Below, in pieces: positions 26,805 through 36,323 of a stretch of 52,849 bases of DNA. Where the stretch lies: the IMG/VR virus record IMGVR_UViG_3300025459_000009, positions 1-52,849 of that record; one strand, given 5' to 3'. A program made the position numbers and the translations under genes. This DNA is from a virus (Duplodnaviria; Caudoviricetes). Numbering within the stretch: position 1 is the stretch's first letter; each line of letters begins with the position of its first letter. The notes under the pieces were generated by a model. That model saw only the letters and a list, made by a program, of their open reading frames with translations. It was not told where the DNA came from and made no database searches.

Positions 26805-27400
26805 TACCCCTCCTGAGATGCGTCGTTCACAATCTTTGCGAATGCGTCAAAATCCTGTACACGTACGAGCCACTCAGGGGCTTCGAAGGCTGCATTGTGG
26901 CTACTGTTCTTAAGGTAGACCCTGCAATTCGGCAGAGCGTTGTGAATGTCGATGCAGTTTTTTGGCCGGTCATCAAGAAAGAAATCATACTTGAGAGCCG
27001 TAGCCATCGGGCCTTTCTCGTAAGCTGCGATGACTGCCGGGTAACGAATACCCGTCCAATTGTAAACCCACTCACTGCTTTGCTTCCTCGCGTTCCGGCC
27101 AACTGTGTTGACACGGGCGGTCGGAAAGTAGACTTCGTGCGCCTCATCCATCTCGCGTAAAAGAGACGGCGAGAAGCCCGGTTCCAATTCCAGATTCACC
27201 CAAAAGCGTTTGACTTGCTTGATATCTTCCCAGATCGCATCCTGCTGTTCTCTGGAGAGACCGAAGTTCGACCAAGCCCAATCAACAGGCTGGGTGCCAA
27301 TCGCGGGCGTCCCATACTTCGCATTCGCCAGTTTGGTGAACGCGGAAATGAAGTCCGCGAGGCAATCATCTAGGTCGATGCCGATGACGAATTTTCTCAT
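26804..27400 (-). CDS. HAD-family 5'(3')-nucleotidase-like protein
   Basis: IDLDDCLADF, PTAR, FLDDRPKN. Confidence 0.8.
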   Translation of the reverse strand: MRKFVIGIDLDDCLADFISAFTKLANAKYGTPAIGTQPVDWAWSNFGLSREQQDAIWEDIKQVKRFWVNLELEPGFSPSLLREMDEAHEVYFPTARVNTVGRNARKQSSEWVYNWTGIRYPAVIAAYEKGPMATALKYDFFLDDRPKNCIDIHNALPNCRVYLKNSSHNAAFEAPEWLVRVQDFDAFAKIVNDASQEG

Positions 27401-27639
27401 GCCGCCTCCGTTTGTTTCGGCAAACGACGAACCGTGTACGCGGTGATCTGGCGCAGAAACGAGTACGTCTGTAGTGCCGTGAAGTTGATGAGATTGTACG
27501 GGACAACGAAGATTTCTTCGACTTCGCCCTGTATGTCGTCAGTGCGATTGATGGTCAGACGTGCGAGGTCGCCCACGCCGCCTGATCCATCCATCTTGAT
27601 TCCACTACCACAATTGCAATTTCCGTCTTCGCAAGCCAT
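27397..27639 (-). CDS. hypothetical protein
   Basis: GGAGGAGGAG RBS. Confidence 0.55.
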   Translation of the reverse strand: MACEDGNCNCGSGIKMDGSGGVGDLARLTINRTDDIQGEVEEIFVVPYNLINFTALQTYSFLRQITAYTVRRLPKQTEAA

Positions 27640-27659
27640 ATCTCCTCCTCCCAGAGATT

Positions 27660-28922
27660 CTACTTTACGATTTCACGTTTGGTCGCAAGCGTATCGAACG
27701 CGGCGTCGTTATACAACACCGTGGCGATAAGCCCTTGGTCTTTATTCCAGATGAATGCTTCCGCTTGTCGTTGGTTCTCGACATAGCCGTTCTCAGCATG
27801 CCAGTCATCCGGCGGACATAGCGCAGGCAGAATTCGTACCTTCACGCCATGGTCTTCCGTGACCTTGTCGCAGTGACGATGTCCCGTGTGAATTTCACGG
27901 AACTGCGTCTCTGCCCACATCTTCGGTTCTTCGCTCGCCATGAGCATCGGGTAATCTGACCCTTTGTCTCCGTGCGTAAAACCTAGCGCAACCTTTCCAA
28001 ACTGAAAATACTTTCGATAGCGCGGGTCGTTCTCAACAGTGACATCCGGGTCGCTGCGATACCAGCACTCTAACGAATCGCCCATGTGCCAAGCGGCAAG
28101 TTGGTCGTGATTGCCAGGGACGACCATGACGGTCACCGGGGCAATCTTCTTCAACTTCTCAATCGCTTCGCACAGCGTAAAGCGAACGGTGCGATAAGTC
28201 TTGTGGTAACGAATATCGGTCGTAACCACTGTCCCCTTGGTCGTGGTGTTCTCCGCGTTGTCACTGTTCAACAGGTCATTCCCAATGACGAACAGGATGC
28301 GGTCAAACTTGTACCCAGACGACCGTTCGATGAGCGTGTTGAGTGCCCGCATGAACATCGCTTGAGCAATCTGCACGTCATAAGGCTCGTGCCCGGTTTC
28401 TTTAGGCCATGCCAGCTTGCCGAAGTGATGGTCGGAGATATTGATTTCGAGCAAATTGCCCGAGACACCCTCTGGTCGCTCGATTTTCAGAATCTTGCGT
28501 TTAAGACCCTTCGCGGCCAAATCTTTCAGGTCAGCGATCTCGTCAAGAATCTCGATGATGTGTTTACGTTTGCGGAAGAACGCACTGATCTGGAATTCAC
28601 CCTCGTCCAAATCCTTCGCACGGAAACGGTAAAGTTCCCATACGTGCGTGTCAACCTTCAATTGCTTGATGACCGCGTCGGGACTGCACACGGTTGTCTT
28701 TGGGATAAAAACATTCCAGTCATCGCCGTCGATCTTGCTCGTCATGCCCTCTTTGTTGACGCCAGCGGCATCAGCAAAATCTTGGAATGTGGCAAACTCT
28801 TTGCCCCATGCCGCTTCGGTATATTCGCCGTTCTCACGATAGAAGTTCCGGGTGACCTGTCCCCCATTCTTCTCTGCAACTGCCGTCAGATCGGCCAGTA
28901 GGGTTTCCTTGGAAACGTTCAT
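27660..28922 (-). CDS. calcineurin-like metallophosphoesterase with N-terminal helical (HTH-like) domain
   Basis: SDHHFG, GNDLLN, GNHD, THGD, TGHRH. Confidence 0.85.
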   Translation of the reverse strand: MNVSKETLLADLTAVAEKNGGQVTRNFYRENGEYTEAAWGKEFATFQDFADAAGVNKEGMTSKIDGDDWNVFIPKTTVCSPDAVIKQLKVDTHVWELYRFRAKDLDEGEFQISAFFRKRKHIIEILDEIADLKDLAAKGLKRKILKIERPEGVSGNLLEINISDHHFGKLAWPKETGHEPYDVQIAQAMFMRALNTLIERSSGYKFDRILFVIGNDLLNSDNAENTTTKGTVVTTDIRYHKTYRTVRFTLCEAIEKLKKIAPVTVMVVPGNHDQLAAWHMGDSLECWYRSDPDVTVENDPRYRKYFQFGKVALGFTHGDKGSDYPMLMASEEPKMWAETQFREIHTGHRHCDKVTEDHGVKVRILPALCPPDDWHAENGYVENQRQAEAFIWNKDQGLIATVLYNDAAFDTLATKREIVK

Positions 28923-28965
28923 TATTTCCTTTCAAACACGCCCTGCATGCTCCTCGCCAAAATAT

Positions 28966-28994
28966 AGAGTAACATTACCTGAGTTACTTGTCAA
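28966..28994 (-). promoter_or_regulatory. sigma70-type promoter with internal inverted repeat
   Basis: TTGACA-17 nt-TACTCT; AGTAAC-N9-GTTACT. Confidence 0.6.
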
Positions 28995-28996
28995 GC

Positions 28997-29254
28997 CTAA
29001 TTTTTCGTGATGGTGGTTGTGTCCGTCTTCGTGAAGACGCCCGATACCTTATTCACTGCGTAGCCTGAAAATGCCGACGACAGGAACAGGGATGCTCCAC
29101 CGAGGTCAGGAAGATGGTGCGTCGAGAAGGTGATAAATGACACCCAAACGATTGTGGATAGGACGCTTACGCCCGCGAGCACGCGAGTTGCGCTACCGCT
29201 GCCGTCTGCCTCAGAAAAGACGGACAGGATATACGAAAGAATTTTCGATTTCAT
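28997..29254 (-). CDS. holin-like two-TM protein
   Basis: FSEADGSGSATRV, two hydrophobic segments, YAVNK. Confidence 0.6.
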   Translation of the reverse strand: MKSKILSYILSVFSEADGSGSATRVLAGVSVLSTIVWVSFITFSTHHLPDLGGASLFLSSAFSGYAVNKVSGVFTKTDTTTITKN

Positions 29255-30027
29255 TAGTGGGCCTCGCCCAGATTCGCGTTGGTCTGACACATAGCGCCCG
29301 TACCCATCGCACCCGCAGTCCCCCCACAAATCGTATTCGAAGGCCACATCGAATCACCAATGTAGGGCTGGTACGGGAAAGGGACCAAGGGGCTAGGTGG
29401 GATTGACGTAATCGGCGGGAATACAAATTGGCCCTCTTGCAATGGGGAGCGAAGTCTGTCTATCGTCTCCTGCAATGCCTTGATTGCCTTTTCCTGCGCT
29501 TCAATGACTGCATACAACGCTTGTACGTCTACAGAAATTTTCTTTGCCTTTGCCACGTTCTCTCCTCTCAGCCCCCGCAGATAAGCGGCCAACTTCTCCG
29601 CTCTCTCGGGGTCGTCTTTTATATTCCCCAGAGCACAGTTGCAACCCAGACAGAGAATGCCTCTGACGCAGTTTGTAATGTGATCGTGGTCCGTCTGCCA
29701 GCCGTGTTTCGTGCCCGGCTCTGTGGCACCACATATGGCACAACATCGACCTTGGGACTCGAACAGGGATTCCCATTCTTGTGTCGTCATGTCGTACATA
29801 TGCTTTAAGTTGTTGGCTCTCTTGGTCGTTCTACCTTTCTCGCGGTTACATTTGACGGCGCACGGCGTACACCGATTATTCAAAAGATCAGGACTGGCAA
29901 TAGATTTCGAAAATAAATCAACAGGCAGTACATCCCGACAATGACCGCACTCCTTATGCGTCAGAGTTCCCCAAAAATCGTATTGCCTCATGAGAGGGCG
30001 TTGTTTCTGGCCTAAAATGTATGTCAT
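29254..30027 (-). CDS. Endonuclease VII-like protein read through into a downstream hypothetical gene
   Basis: QGRCCAIC..TDHDH..VRGILCLGCN; internal GAGGAG-GTG start of VAKAKK... Confidence 0.75.
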   Translation of the reverse strand: MTYILGQKQRPLMRQYDFWGTLTHKECGHCRDVLPVDLFSKSIASPDLLNNRCTPCAVKCNREKGRTTKRANNLKHMYDMTTQEWESLFESQGRCCAICGATEPGTKHGWQTDHDHITNCVRGILCLGCNCALGNIKDDPERAEKLAAYLRGLRGENVAKAKKISVDVQALYAVIEAQEKAIKALQETIDRLRSPLQEGQFVFPPITSIPPSPLVPFPYQPYIGDSMWPSNTICGGTAGAMGTGAMCQTNANLGEAH

Positions 30028-30464
30028 CGAAAAAAAGTGAGGCTGTTTAAATTTGCGACTGCCGGATGTTGACGCTGGCCCGCCTGCGGGCCGTCTTGCT
30101 TGATCGGGTCAACGATCTTGCTCTTGAACCAAGGCCGTTCGATGCGAGTCAGATCGGCCCAATACAAAGCACCTTTGGATATGTCAGGTACGCTTCCGTC
30201 GAACACTCCGTCCACAACATGCAGCAATTTCACGAACGACCCATTCCACCTATCAGGAAATTCTAACGGCGGGAGTTGATTCTCTGCCATGAAGTGAGGA
30301 ACTTTAGCAATTACGTCCAGCCAATCGCCCCAGCCACAACGCTTGCGGTTGGCGATTACGTGCATAATCATCTGGCCCGCGATGTGCCCGCCGCCGTATG
30401 ACTGCCCGAATGACCAGCCAATTTCAACCAGCTTTGTCTTCTGAACATCCTCGATCTTCAACAT
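30024..30464 (-). CDS. SleB/Hydrolase_2-like cell-wall hydrolase homolog
   Basis: HVIANR..W..V, PDISKGALYW, terminal LTFFR; expected catalytic Glu not evident. Confidence 0.65.
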   Translation of the reverse strand: MLKIEDVQKTKLVEIGWSFGQSYGGGHIAGQMIMHVIANRKRCGWGDWLDVIAKVPHFMAENQLPPLEFPDRWNGSFVKLLHVVDGVFDGSVPDISKGALYWADLTRIERPWFKSKIVDPIKQDGPQAGQRQHPAVANLNSLTFFR

Positions 30465-30618
30465 GAATCATCCTCGCCCGCAACTTCAAAGCATTGAATC
30501 GAATACGCGTACACTCAGTGTCACTCTTTTTCATCTCCTGAAATACTTTTCTCCACAACCACCCAGCCGCGAGTACACCGGATACAACCAAAGCCATCAT
30601 AACCTTATTATCGAGCAT
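30424..30618 (-). CDS. small TM protein
   Basis: GAGGAG RBS; hydrophobic N-terminus. Confidence 0.5.
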   Translation of the reverse strand: MLDNKVMMALVVSGVLAAGWLWRKVFQEMKKSDTECTRIRFNALKLRARMIHVEDRGCSEDKAG

Positions 30619-30638
30619 GGGTCTCCTCGCCTATTCAC

Positions 30639-30667
30639 AGCATAGCAGGGCTTGGCATCTCTGTCAA
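30639..30667 (-). promoter_or_regulatory. sigma70-type promoter
   Basis: TTGACA-17 nt-TATGCT with TG; AGGGCTTG/CAAGCCCT inverted repeat. Confidence 0.65.
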
Positions 30668-30681
30668 GCCCTATTTTTGCG

Positions 30682-32532
30682 TTATTTCAAAGCGTGGATA
30701 ACCCCGCCCGCAGCACCTGTAGCTAGCCCCGTATAAACAGCGATCTTGGCCGTCAACTTAGCCATTTGCTGTTTGCTCAGAGCGTCAATGCCAAGTCTTT
30801 GCGCGGCCTTCATATCTTCAAGCAACCCGCCCATACCTGCTTGTTCGAGCCGTGGTCCACCGTACTTCACATTGTCCTGAAGTTTCTGAAGTTGGCGTAC
30901 CGCTGCCTTGACGTTAACTTCTCCCGTAGTCGGATCAATGACAGAAGAGTTCTTATATACGAATCGCTCAACGTCTCGAAGAGCCGACATACGCTTGAAT
31001 TGCGATGAAGCCTCTTCGAGAACCTCTGGGCCGACACCCGCTGCCTTTGCATAGTTCTTGGCTGTGTCCAGCAAGAGTTCTGCGTCGTCGCGCTTCTTCG
31101 TCCACGCGGCAGCATCCGTAGGATTATGCGCTTGGAATATCTTCTTGTTATAGTCTCGGATGTCCTGTGCTGTTTTTTTGAAGTCCGTCCCTGCAACTTC
31201 ATCAATTTTGGCGTAAGAGGCGTCTGCGGCTTTGCCCGCATCAGTAATGGCTGGTCCTAATGCCTCCCTCGGTTGGAGAGGGGATTTGACTACCGGCTGT
31301 GCCTCAGGTGTTCCCGCTGGTGTCCCTGCGGGTGCGCCTTCGTGCGCTTCGGGCTCGGCTTCTGGCTCGCTGGCCGAAAGTTCTGGCTGTCTGCCATAAT
31401 TTTTAATCGGTGGATGTTCCTTATCCCACAAATCAAGATGCTGGTCGCCCTTAGTCCATGTCTCTCCGTGCGGTGTGTCCGCATTGAACTTGAATCCCAT
31501 ACGCTCTAGGGTTGGATGCGCATCGGAAAGTTTCCCACTCTTCTGCCAAACGTCTAAGTCATTAGCGGTTGACTTACCTTCGCTGACAGAACCTTTCAGT
31601 TCGAAGTTATCGCCTAACGCTTCCATTACAGGCTTGGCCTTTTCAGGAGTCCATGCTGGCCCTTCCTTCATGGCTGCTGCAACTGCGTCTTTGTACTCGT
31701 CAGGAATATGTGGCGTTGCTTCGTGGCCGACAGGCATGCGGTTAGGCGTGGCTGCTTCTGCCTTGGCAATCTTCGCTGCGTTAGTCGTCGCTTCTGTTTC
31801 GGCTGCTGCACCCGCGCCGGTGTTCGCTGCGGCTGCACGAGAAGCCATCGCTGACTTCGCGGGAGCCTGCGCGACTTTTGAACCACTAATAATTTTCTGT
31901 ACGAGATTCGGGGCCTCACCTTCGGCGGGCGTTGTGACCGCGTTGTACGCCGCCCCTGCTCCATGAAATAGACCACCTAACACCATGCCAAGAACTGTCT
32001 GTTGAGCGGTCTTGTTCAGGTGATGATACTCTGTCGGATTCTCGCCTCTAGCAATGTCCTCTGCGACGGAGTTCAAGAATCCCATTCCGCCGCCTGCTCC
32101 AACAGCTTGTGCTAGCGCCCCACCACCCGCCGCCGCAATACCTGCGGTAAGGATCGGGGCGAAAGGAAGAGTAGCGATAGTTGCACCAACAGATGCCTCA
32201 CGCTTTAAGCCCACGTTCACAGCCTCTTTCGGGGCTGTCGGCAAGCCTCTACCACTGGAGGTAGAGGCAGACGTGTTCTCAAATCCTGTTGCGCCCGGAA
32301 TCTCCGCTTCACCTTCTTTGATGTCAGAAGTACCTGCGGGGCCTGTTTGGGGTGTTTGAGCGACGGTAGCCGCTACTTGCGATTGTTCCGATGTTTGGCC
32401 TAAAGGATGAAAAGTTTGCATATCGACAGGCGGCAACCCTTGTACCGGGGCGGGATTTGCTGGTGTAGATGTAGAACCGAGCGGACGAAATGTTTGCATA
32501 TCTACAGGAGGGAGGGATTGATTGTCACTCAT
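30682..32532 (-). CDS. putative internal virion/ejection protein with embedded Pol-beta NTase motif
   Basis: Ala/Gly-rich with hydrophobic glycine-rich segments; GSVSEGKSTANDLDVW..HLDLW. Confidence 0.6.
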   Translation of the reverse strand: MSDNQSLPPVDMQTFRPLGSTSTPANPAPVQGLPPVDMQTFHPLGQTSEQSQVAATVAQTPQTGPAGTSDIKEGEAEIPGATGFENTSASTSSGRGLPTAPKEAVNVGLKREASVGATIATLPFAPILTAGIAAAGGGALAQAVGAGGGMGFLNSVAEDIARGENPTEYHHLNKTAQQTVLGMVLGGLFHGAGAAYNAVTTPAEGEAPNLVQKIISGSKVAQAPAKSAMASRAAAANTGAGAAAETEATTNAAKIAKAEAATPNRMPVGHEATPHIPDEYKDAVAAAMKEGPAWTPEKAKPVMEALGDNFELKGSVSEGKSTANDLDVWQKSGKLSDAHPTLERMGFKFNADTPHGETWTKGDQHLDLWDKEHPPIKNYGRQPELSASEPEAEPEAHEGAPAGTPAGTPEAQPVVKSPLQPREALGPAITDAGKAADASYAKIDEVAGTDFKKTAQDIRDYNKKIFQAHNPTDAAAWTKKRDDAELLLDTAKNYAKAAGVGPEVLEEASSQFKRMSALRDVERFVYKNSSVIDPTTGEVNVKAAVRQLQKLQDNVKYGGPRLEQAGMGGLLEDMKAAQRLGIDALSKQQMAKLTAKIAVYTGLATGAAGGVIHALK

Positions 32533-32792
32533 GATTCACGGCCTTCTTTAAAATACTTCCTAAGAGAAAGAGCTATTTTCTTACGAGTTTCAGGGGAGAC
32601 AACTCGCCCTTTAAAAACTTCACGCATTCTTTGCCGAGTCGCTTCTGAACGTTTCAGACCTCGGCCACTTTCGGATATCTTTCTACGATGTTCTAAAGAT
32701 AGTGGCTTACCAGAACATCGACCGCATCCTTTGCCGACATAATAAGGCGTTCCACCTTCGCGTAACCAAAGATAAGTGTAGAAAATCTTCAT
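32529..32792 (-). pseudogene. internally deleted GIY-YIG/NUMOD3 homing endonuclease
   Basis: FYTYLWLREGGTPYYVGKG joined directly to NUMOD3 repeats; compare the full-length copy at 45227-45949. Confidence 0.7.
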
Positions 32793-32801
32793 ATTATTAT
32801 T

Positions 32802-32830
32802 ATGATAACACACTTTCTTCGGCTACGCAA
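32802..32830 (-). promoter_or_regulatory. sigma70-type promoter of the deleted endonuclease
   Basis: TTGCGT-17 nt-TATCAT with TG. Confidence 0.45.
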
Positions 32831-32840
32831 GAGGGTTTCA

Positions 32841-35174
32841 CTACTGGAGCATCTCGCCTAGGTTTGTCTTACCGTCGGTCCAGTATGTCTTACCCTTGGA
32901 TTGGAATGTTCCCGTCGCACCTTTCGGTTGACCGGGGACAGTGAATCCGTTTTTGTTGAAGACATCTACCGTGGTAGGCGAGATGCCCTTGACGTGACGT
33001 CCCATATACTGCATACTGCGGTCGTCAATCTCCCCGATGCGTCCGTTCATCAAACCGATGTAAGACTTGATGACGTTCTTGATCTGTTCGGGTGACTGCG
33101 CGTTGTTGAGGCTCTCTTCGAACTGTTTCAACTCCGCTTCATGCGGTTGTCCGCCTGCGACTACTTTTGCGACTTCACTGTTGACTTGCTGCGCGATTGC
33201 ACGGAAAGTAACAGCAGGGGATTTACCAACAGCAATACCCAACGCATTTGCGACGGTATTGATTGCGGGTTCGTCCATGTTCGCCAGTTTGTCGGCTTGT
33301 TCGTTGAGCAACGCCAAGTGATTCGATGCGGTGCCAGCGGCGAGTAAAGAGCCGCCTGCGGTGCCCTGACGCGTGCTCTCCAACTCTCGTTGCAGGTTTG
33401 CGTTTGCCTTGAAATCGCCTTCCTGATACTGAGGGTTGATGAACGTCCGAATAAATGTCAATCCCTGATCGCGGGGCATGACACCTGATTTCGGTCGCGG
33501 GTTATTGGGCAGGGTTGCAAGGTCTGCTTGGTTATGAGCGATGGCATATAGGGCAGTAAAATTCGGTGGAATCTTCACACCCTTGTCGGCCAATTGCTTG
33601 CTCAGTGCATTCGTATCCAGAGTCACAGCATTCGGATCAGCAACGAAATTCTTTGGAATCTCGATGCCCACAGTTTGTGCTTGTGCTTGGGCCGCTGCTT
33701 GACGAAGTGCTGCATTCTCTAGAATCTTGTGCTCTAAATCCTGCTGGCCTTCAGGTGTTTGGCGCTTTTGATCGGCCAATTCCTTAGCCTTCTTCTCGGC
33801 TATCTCAGTCTTATCTTCCAGAATCTTATCAGCCTTAACACGATTCCAATCATTAGTGTTAACACCGCCGAGTAGGAGATTGAATTTACCAACGAGGGCA
33901 GGGTCTACCCCATCCTTGTTCATTTGCTGGATTGCTTCGGCGGGGTCCATACTCGAATATCGACCCAAGGATGGGACGAGTTTTTGGAGATAAGGGTCTT
34001 TCGCTATGGCGGCTTTTAGATCAATGGGTTTGATTTTCTCATCGCCATTAAAATCTGCGACTTGCTTGGCCCACTGATTTATGAATCCCTGTGCATTTTG
34101 GACGTCCGTCTTCTCGCGGTTGTACTTCCCTAATACCGCCATGGGAAGACTCGTGCCCGGTGCGACATATTGCAGGGCATGATTACCCTTCTTGAGTTCG
34201 TCAGTCAATGCGACTTGTGCGTTATGGTCATACACCGTGTACGTGTACTCTTGACGCGGAGTGCCATCTGGATTGAATACCTGCTTACCTTTCTCATCGT
34301 ACACATTCTGCACACCGTCACGCAACACGGAATCACGCGTAGTATGAGCTGATCCATCAGCCATCATCTTCTGTAGCGCCTTCTCAGAAACGTGCTCGCC
34401 TTTGATCGCAGACAGGACATTACCCTTCTCGTCCGTGATCGTGGGATTCAGCTTCATCGCTTCAATAAGAGGTGCATCCTGTTGGACTCCCTCATTGAGT
34501 ACTTCACCTTGGAGTTTCAAATTGCCCAGCATCGCTGCGTGCATTTTCAGGTTATGTTCAGTCGTAGCAAACTGGCGTGCTTGGGCCGCGTCCACTTGTC
34601 CTTGGGCGGCGGCTTTACGGGCCTGACCACCAAATTGTGATCCGGCTGCTGCTCCTGCGGCTGCGGCACCACTGTAATCTGCAATGCTGCGTCCGCCGCC
34701 GAGTTCCGTTCGTTTGTCGGGTGCCCCAAAACCCGCGACCATCCCCGACAATGCTCCTGCGAGAATAGACGCTCCGAGCGTTTTGACGTTGCCGCGTTGC
34801 ATAATGACATTGCCATTCGCATCCGTAGCTGGTTGTCCATTCGGACCCATTTGTGGTCGTCCGCTACCTTTCGTGAGCATGCCCAGAACATTCTTGAATA
34901 TGGACTGATGTAAGTCCTGTGGATTCTGCGGTGCTTGTGGTTGCGGTGGACGAGGTGTCGGCGGTGTTTGTCCTGCTGCCAATGCCGCACTCGTAACAGG
35001 TGCGGGAGCCGTCGGCTGGTTAGGCACGGGAACAGAAGCCACTCCCATGGATGCAGGACTGGTCGGAGGAATAGGATTCCCCATCGCCGCATTAGCTGCG
35101 TCAGTTCCCGTGACATCAGGAGTTGTGGGAGGACCGTTCTGTGCTGATTGAAGTGGTGCTTGATCTTCTGCCAT
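32841..35174 (-). CDS. putative internal virion/DNA ejection protein
   Basis: Large helical A/Q-rich protein located after the tail genes. Confidence 0.6.
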   Translation of the reverse strand: MAEDQAPLQSAQNGPPTTPDVTGTDAANAAMGNPIPPTSPASMGVASVPVPNQPTAPAPVTSAALAAGQTPPTPRPPQPQAPQNPQDLHQSIFKNVLGMLTKGSGRPQMGPNGQPATDANGNVIMQRGNVKTLGASILAGALSGMVAGFGAPDKRTELGGGRSIADYSGAAAAGAAAGSQFGGQARKAAAQGQVDAAQARQFATTEHNLKMHAAMLGNLKLQGEVLNEGVQQDAPLIEAMKLNPTITDEKGNVLSAIKGEHVSEKALQKMMADGSAHTTRDSVLRDGVQNVYDEKGKQVFNPDGTPRQEYTYTVYDHNAQVALTDELKKGNHALQYVAPGTSLPMAVLGKYNREKTDVQNAQGFINQWAKQVADFNGDEKIKPIDLKAAIAKDPYLQKLVPSLGRYSSMDPAEAIQQMNKDGVDPALVGKFNLLLGGVNTNDWNRVKADKILEDKTEIAEKKAKELADQKRQTPEGQQDLEHKILENAALRQAAAQAQAQTVGIEIPKNFVADPNAVTLDTNALSKQLADKGVKIPPNFTALYAIAHNQADLATLPNNPRPKSGVMPRDQGLTFIRTFINPQYQEGDFKANANLQRELESTRQGTAGGSLLAAGTASNHLALLNEQADKLANMDEPAINTVANALGIAVGKSPAVTFRAIAQQVNSEVAKVVAGGQPHEAELKQFEESLNNAQSPEQIKNVIKSYIGLMNGRIGEIDDRSMQYMGRHVKGISPTTVDVFNKNGFTVPGQPKGATGTFQSKGKTYWTDGKTNLGEMLQ

Positions 35175-35181
35175 ATATCTC

Positions 35182-35952
35182 CTATCCCTCGTCCTCGTCC
35201 TCGCCACCGGAACTACCGCCAAGTTTGTTCATCGCCATTTTAGCGAGTCCACCACCCATACCGCCAGTGAATGCATCAATTCCACCCATAACTGCGCCCT
35301 CAACAGGCTTAACCCACCAGTTGCTTGCGGCGTCCGCTGCTTGAGCATTTGCCATGTTCGCTTTGAGTCCACCTTCTGCTTGTTCTTCTAATCCAGCAAC
35401 GTTGCTGAATGATTTAGTAGACTCCCCGAGTCCTTGACCAGCGACTTTCCAATTCTCGTTTCCTTGTTTCCAATTTGCTTGCTGAATCTGGTTAAGTTCG
35501 CTCGCGGTGCTCCCCGCAATCTTTGCTTCTGCTCCTGCGAGTGAGGCACCCGCAGCGCCGGATGAACCGGGCGTGGCGAATCCACCGCCCGCCCCTGCTC
35601 CAGCACCTTTGACCATACCCGCTACGAATCGTGCTTGATTCGCTCCGCTCGTAATCGCGGAAGCGTCCATCGCACTTTGCTGGGCCGCGCTAAATCCTTG
35701 CTGGCTTGGTCCGGCTGCGAGCAAATTGCTATACGCAGATTTCATCGAGTTGAACACGATGTTGTCGGCACCAAAAACCTGCGTAGCCTGCGACATCATC
35801 TGGGAAGTAAATGCCTTCTGATCGGCGGCGGCGGCATTTTCTGCCCCGTGGGTGCCACACCCGCCCGAGACAGGATGAGCGATTATGAATTCCCACAGTT
35901 GTTCGTCAGTCATAAGGTTCATCAATGTATTAAACGTGGAGAACATAGTCAT
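35182..35952 (-). CDS. putative ejection/pilot protein
   Basis: A/G/Q-rich with glycine-rich hydrophobic C-terminus. Confidence 0.55.
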   Translation of the reverse strand: MTMFSTFNTLMNLMTDEQLWEFIIAHPVSGGCGTHGAENAAAADQKAFTSQMMSQATQVFGADNIVFNSMKSAYSNLLAAGPSQQGFSAAQQSAMDASAITSGANQARFVAGMVKGAGAGAGGGFATPGSSGAAGASLAGAEAKIAGSTASELNQIQQANWKQGNENWKVAGQGLGESTKSFSNVAGLEEQAEGGLKANMANAQAADAASNWWVKPVEGAVMGGIDAFTGGMGGGLAKMAMNKLGGSSGGEDEDEG

Positions 35953-36316
35953 CCTTCTCTTTCTCGAAGCCAAGTTTGTCCATGCAAAATCTGGCGAGCG
36001 ATGGTGATTGCGTGCTAAAAACTATTGTGGCATACCCGTTTGCTTTTGCTTTGCAGACGGTATCGGAAATGGCTTGGACTACTGATGCGGCATTTCTCTT
36101 CCTGTCGAGGTTATCACACCAGACAGTTATGAGCCGCAAGCGACTAGACTCTCTCGTGTACCGCAGGATACCGATTGGACCCTGTTCATCCTCATAAACA
36201 ACTGAGTATGCCGAGTCCATCGTGAAATTCTTCACTTCTAAATGTTCGAATTGGTCCTGAGCCAACGCACGCTCTAGCATGGGGAGGTCAGCGACCGCTA
36301 ATGGCCTGCTGGTCAT
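35930..36316 (-). CDS. GNAT-like small protein
   Basis: RPLAVADL..EDEQGPIG..LARFC..LGFE; podovirus-like gene position. Confidence 0.5.
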   Translation of the reverse strand: MTSRPLAVADLPMLERALAQDQFEHLEVKNFTMDSAYSVVYEDEQGPIGILRYTRESSRLRLITVWCDNLDRKRNAASVVQAISDTVCKAKANGYATIVFSTQSPSLARFCMDKLGFEKEKDDYVLHV

Positions 36317-36323
36317 ATCCCTC

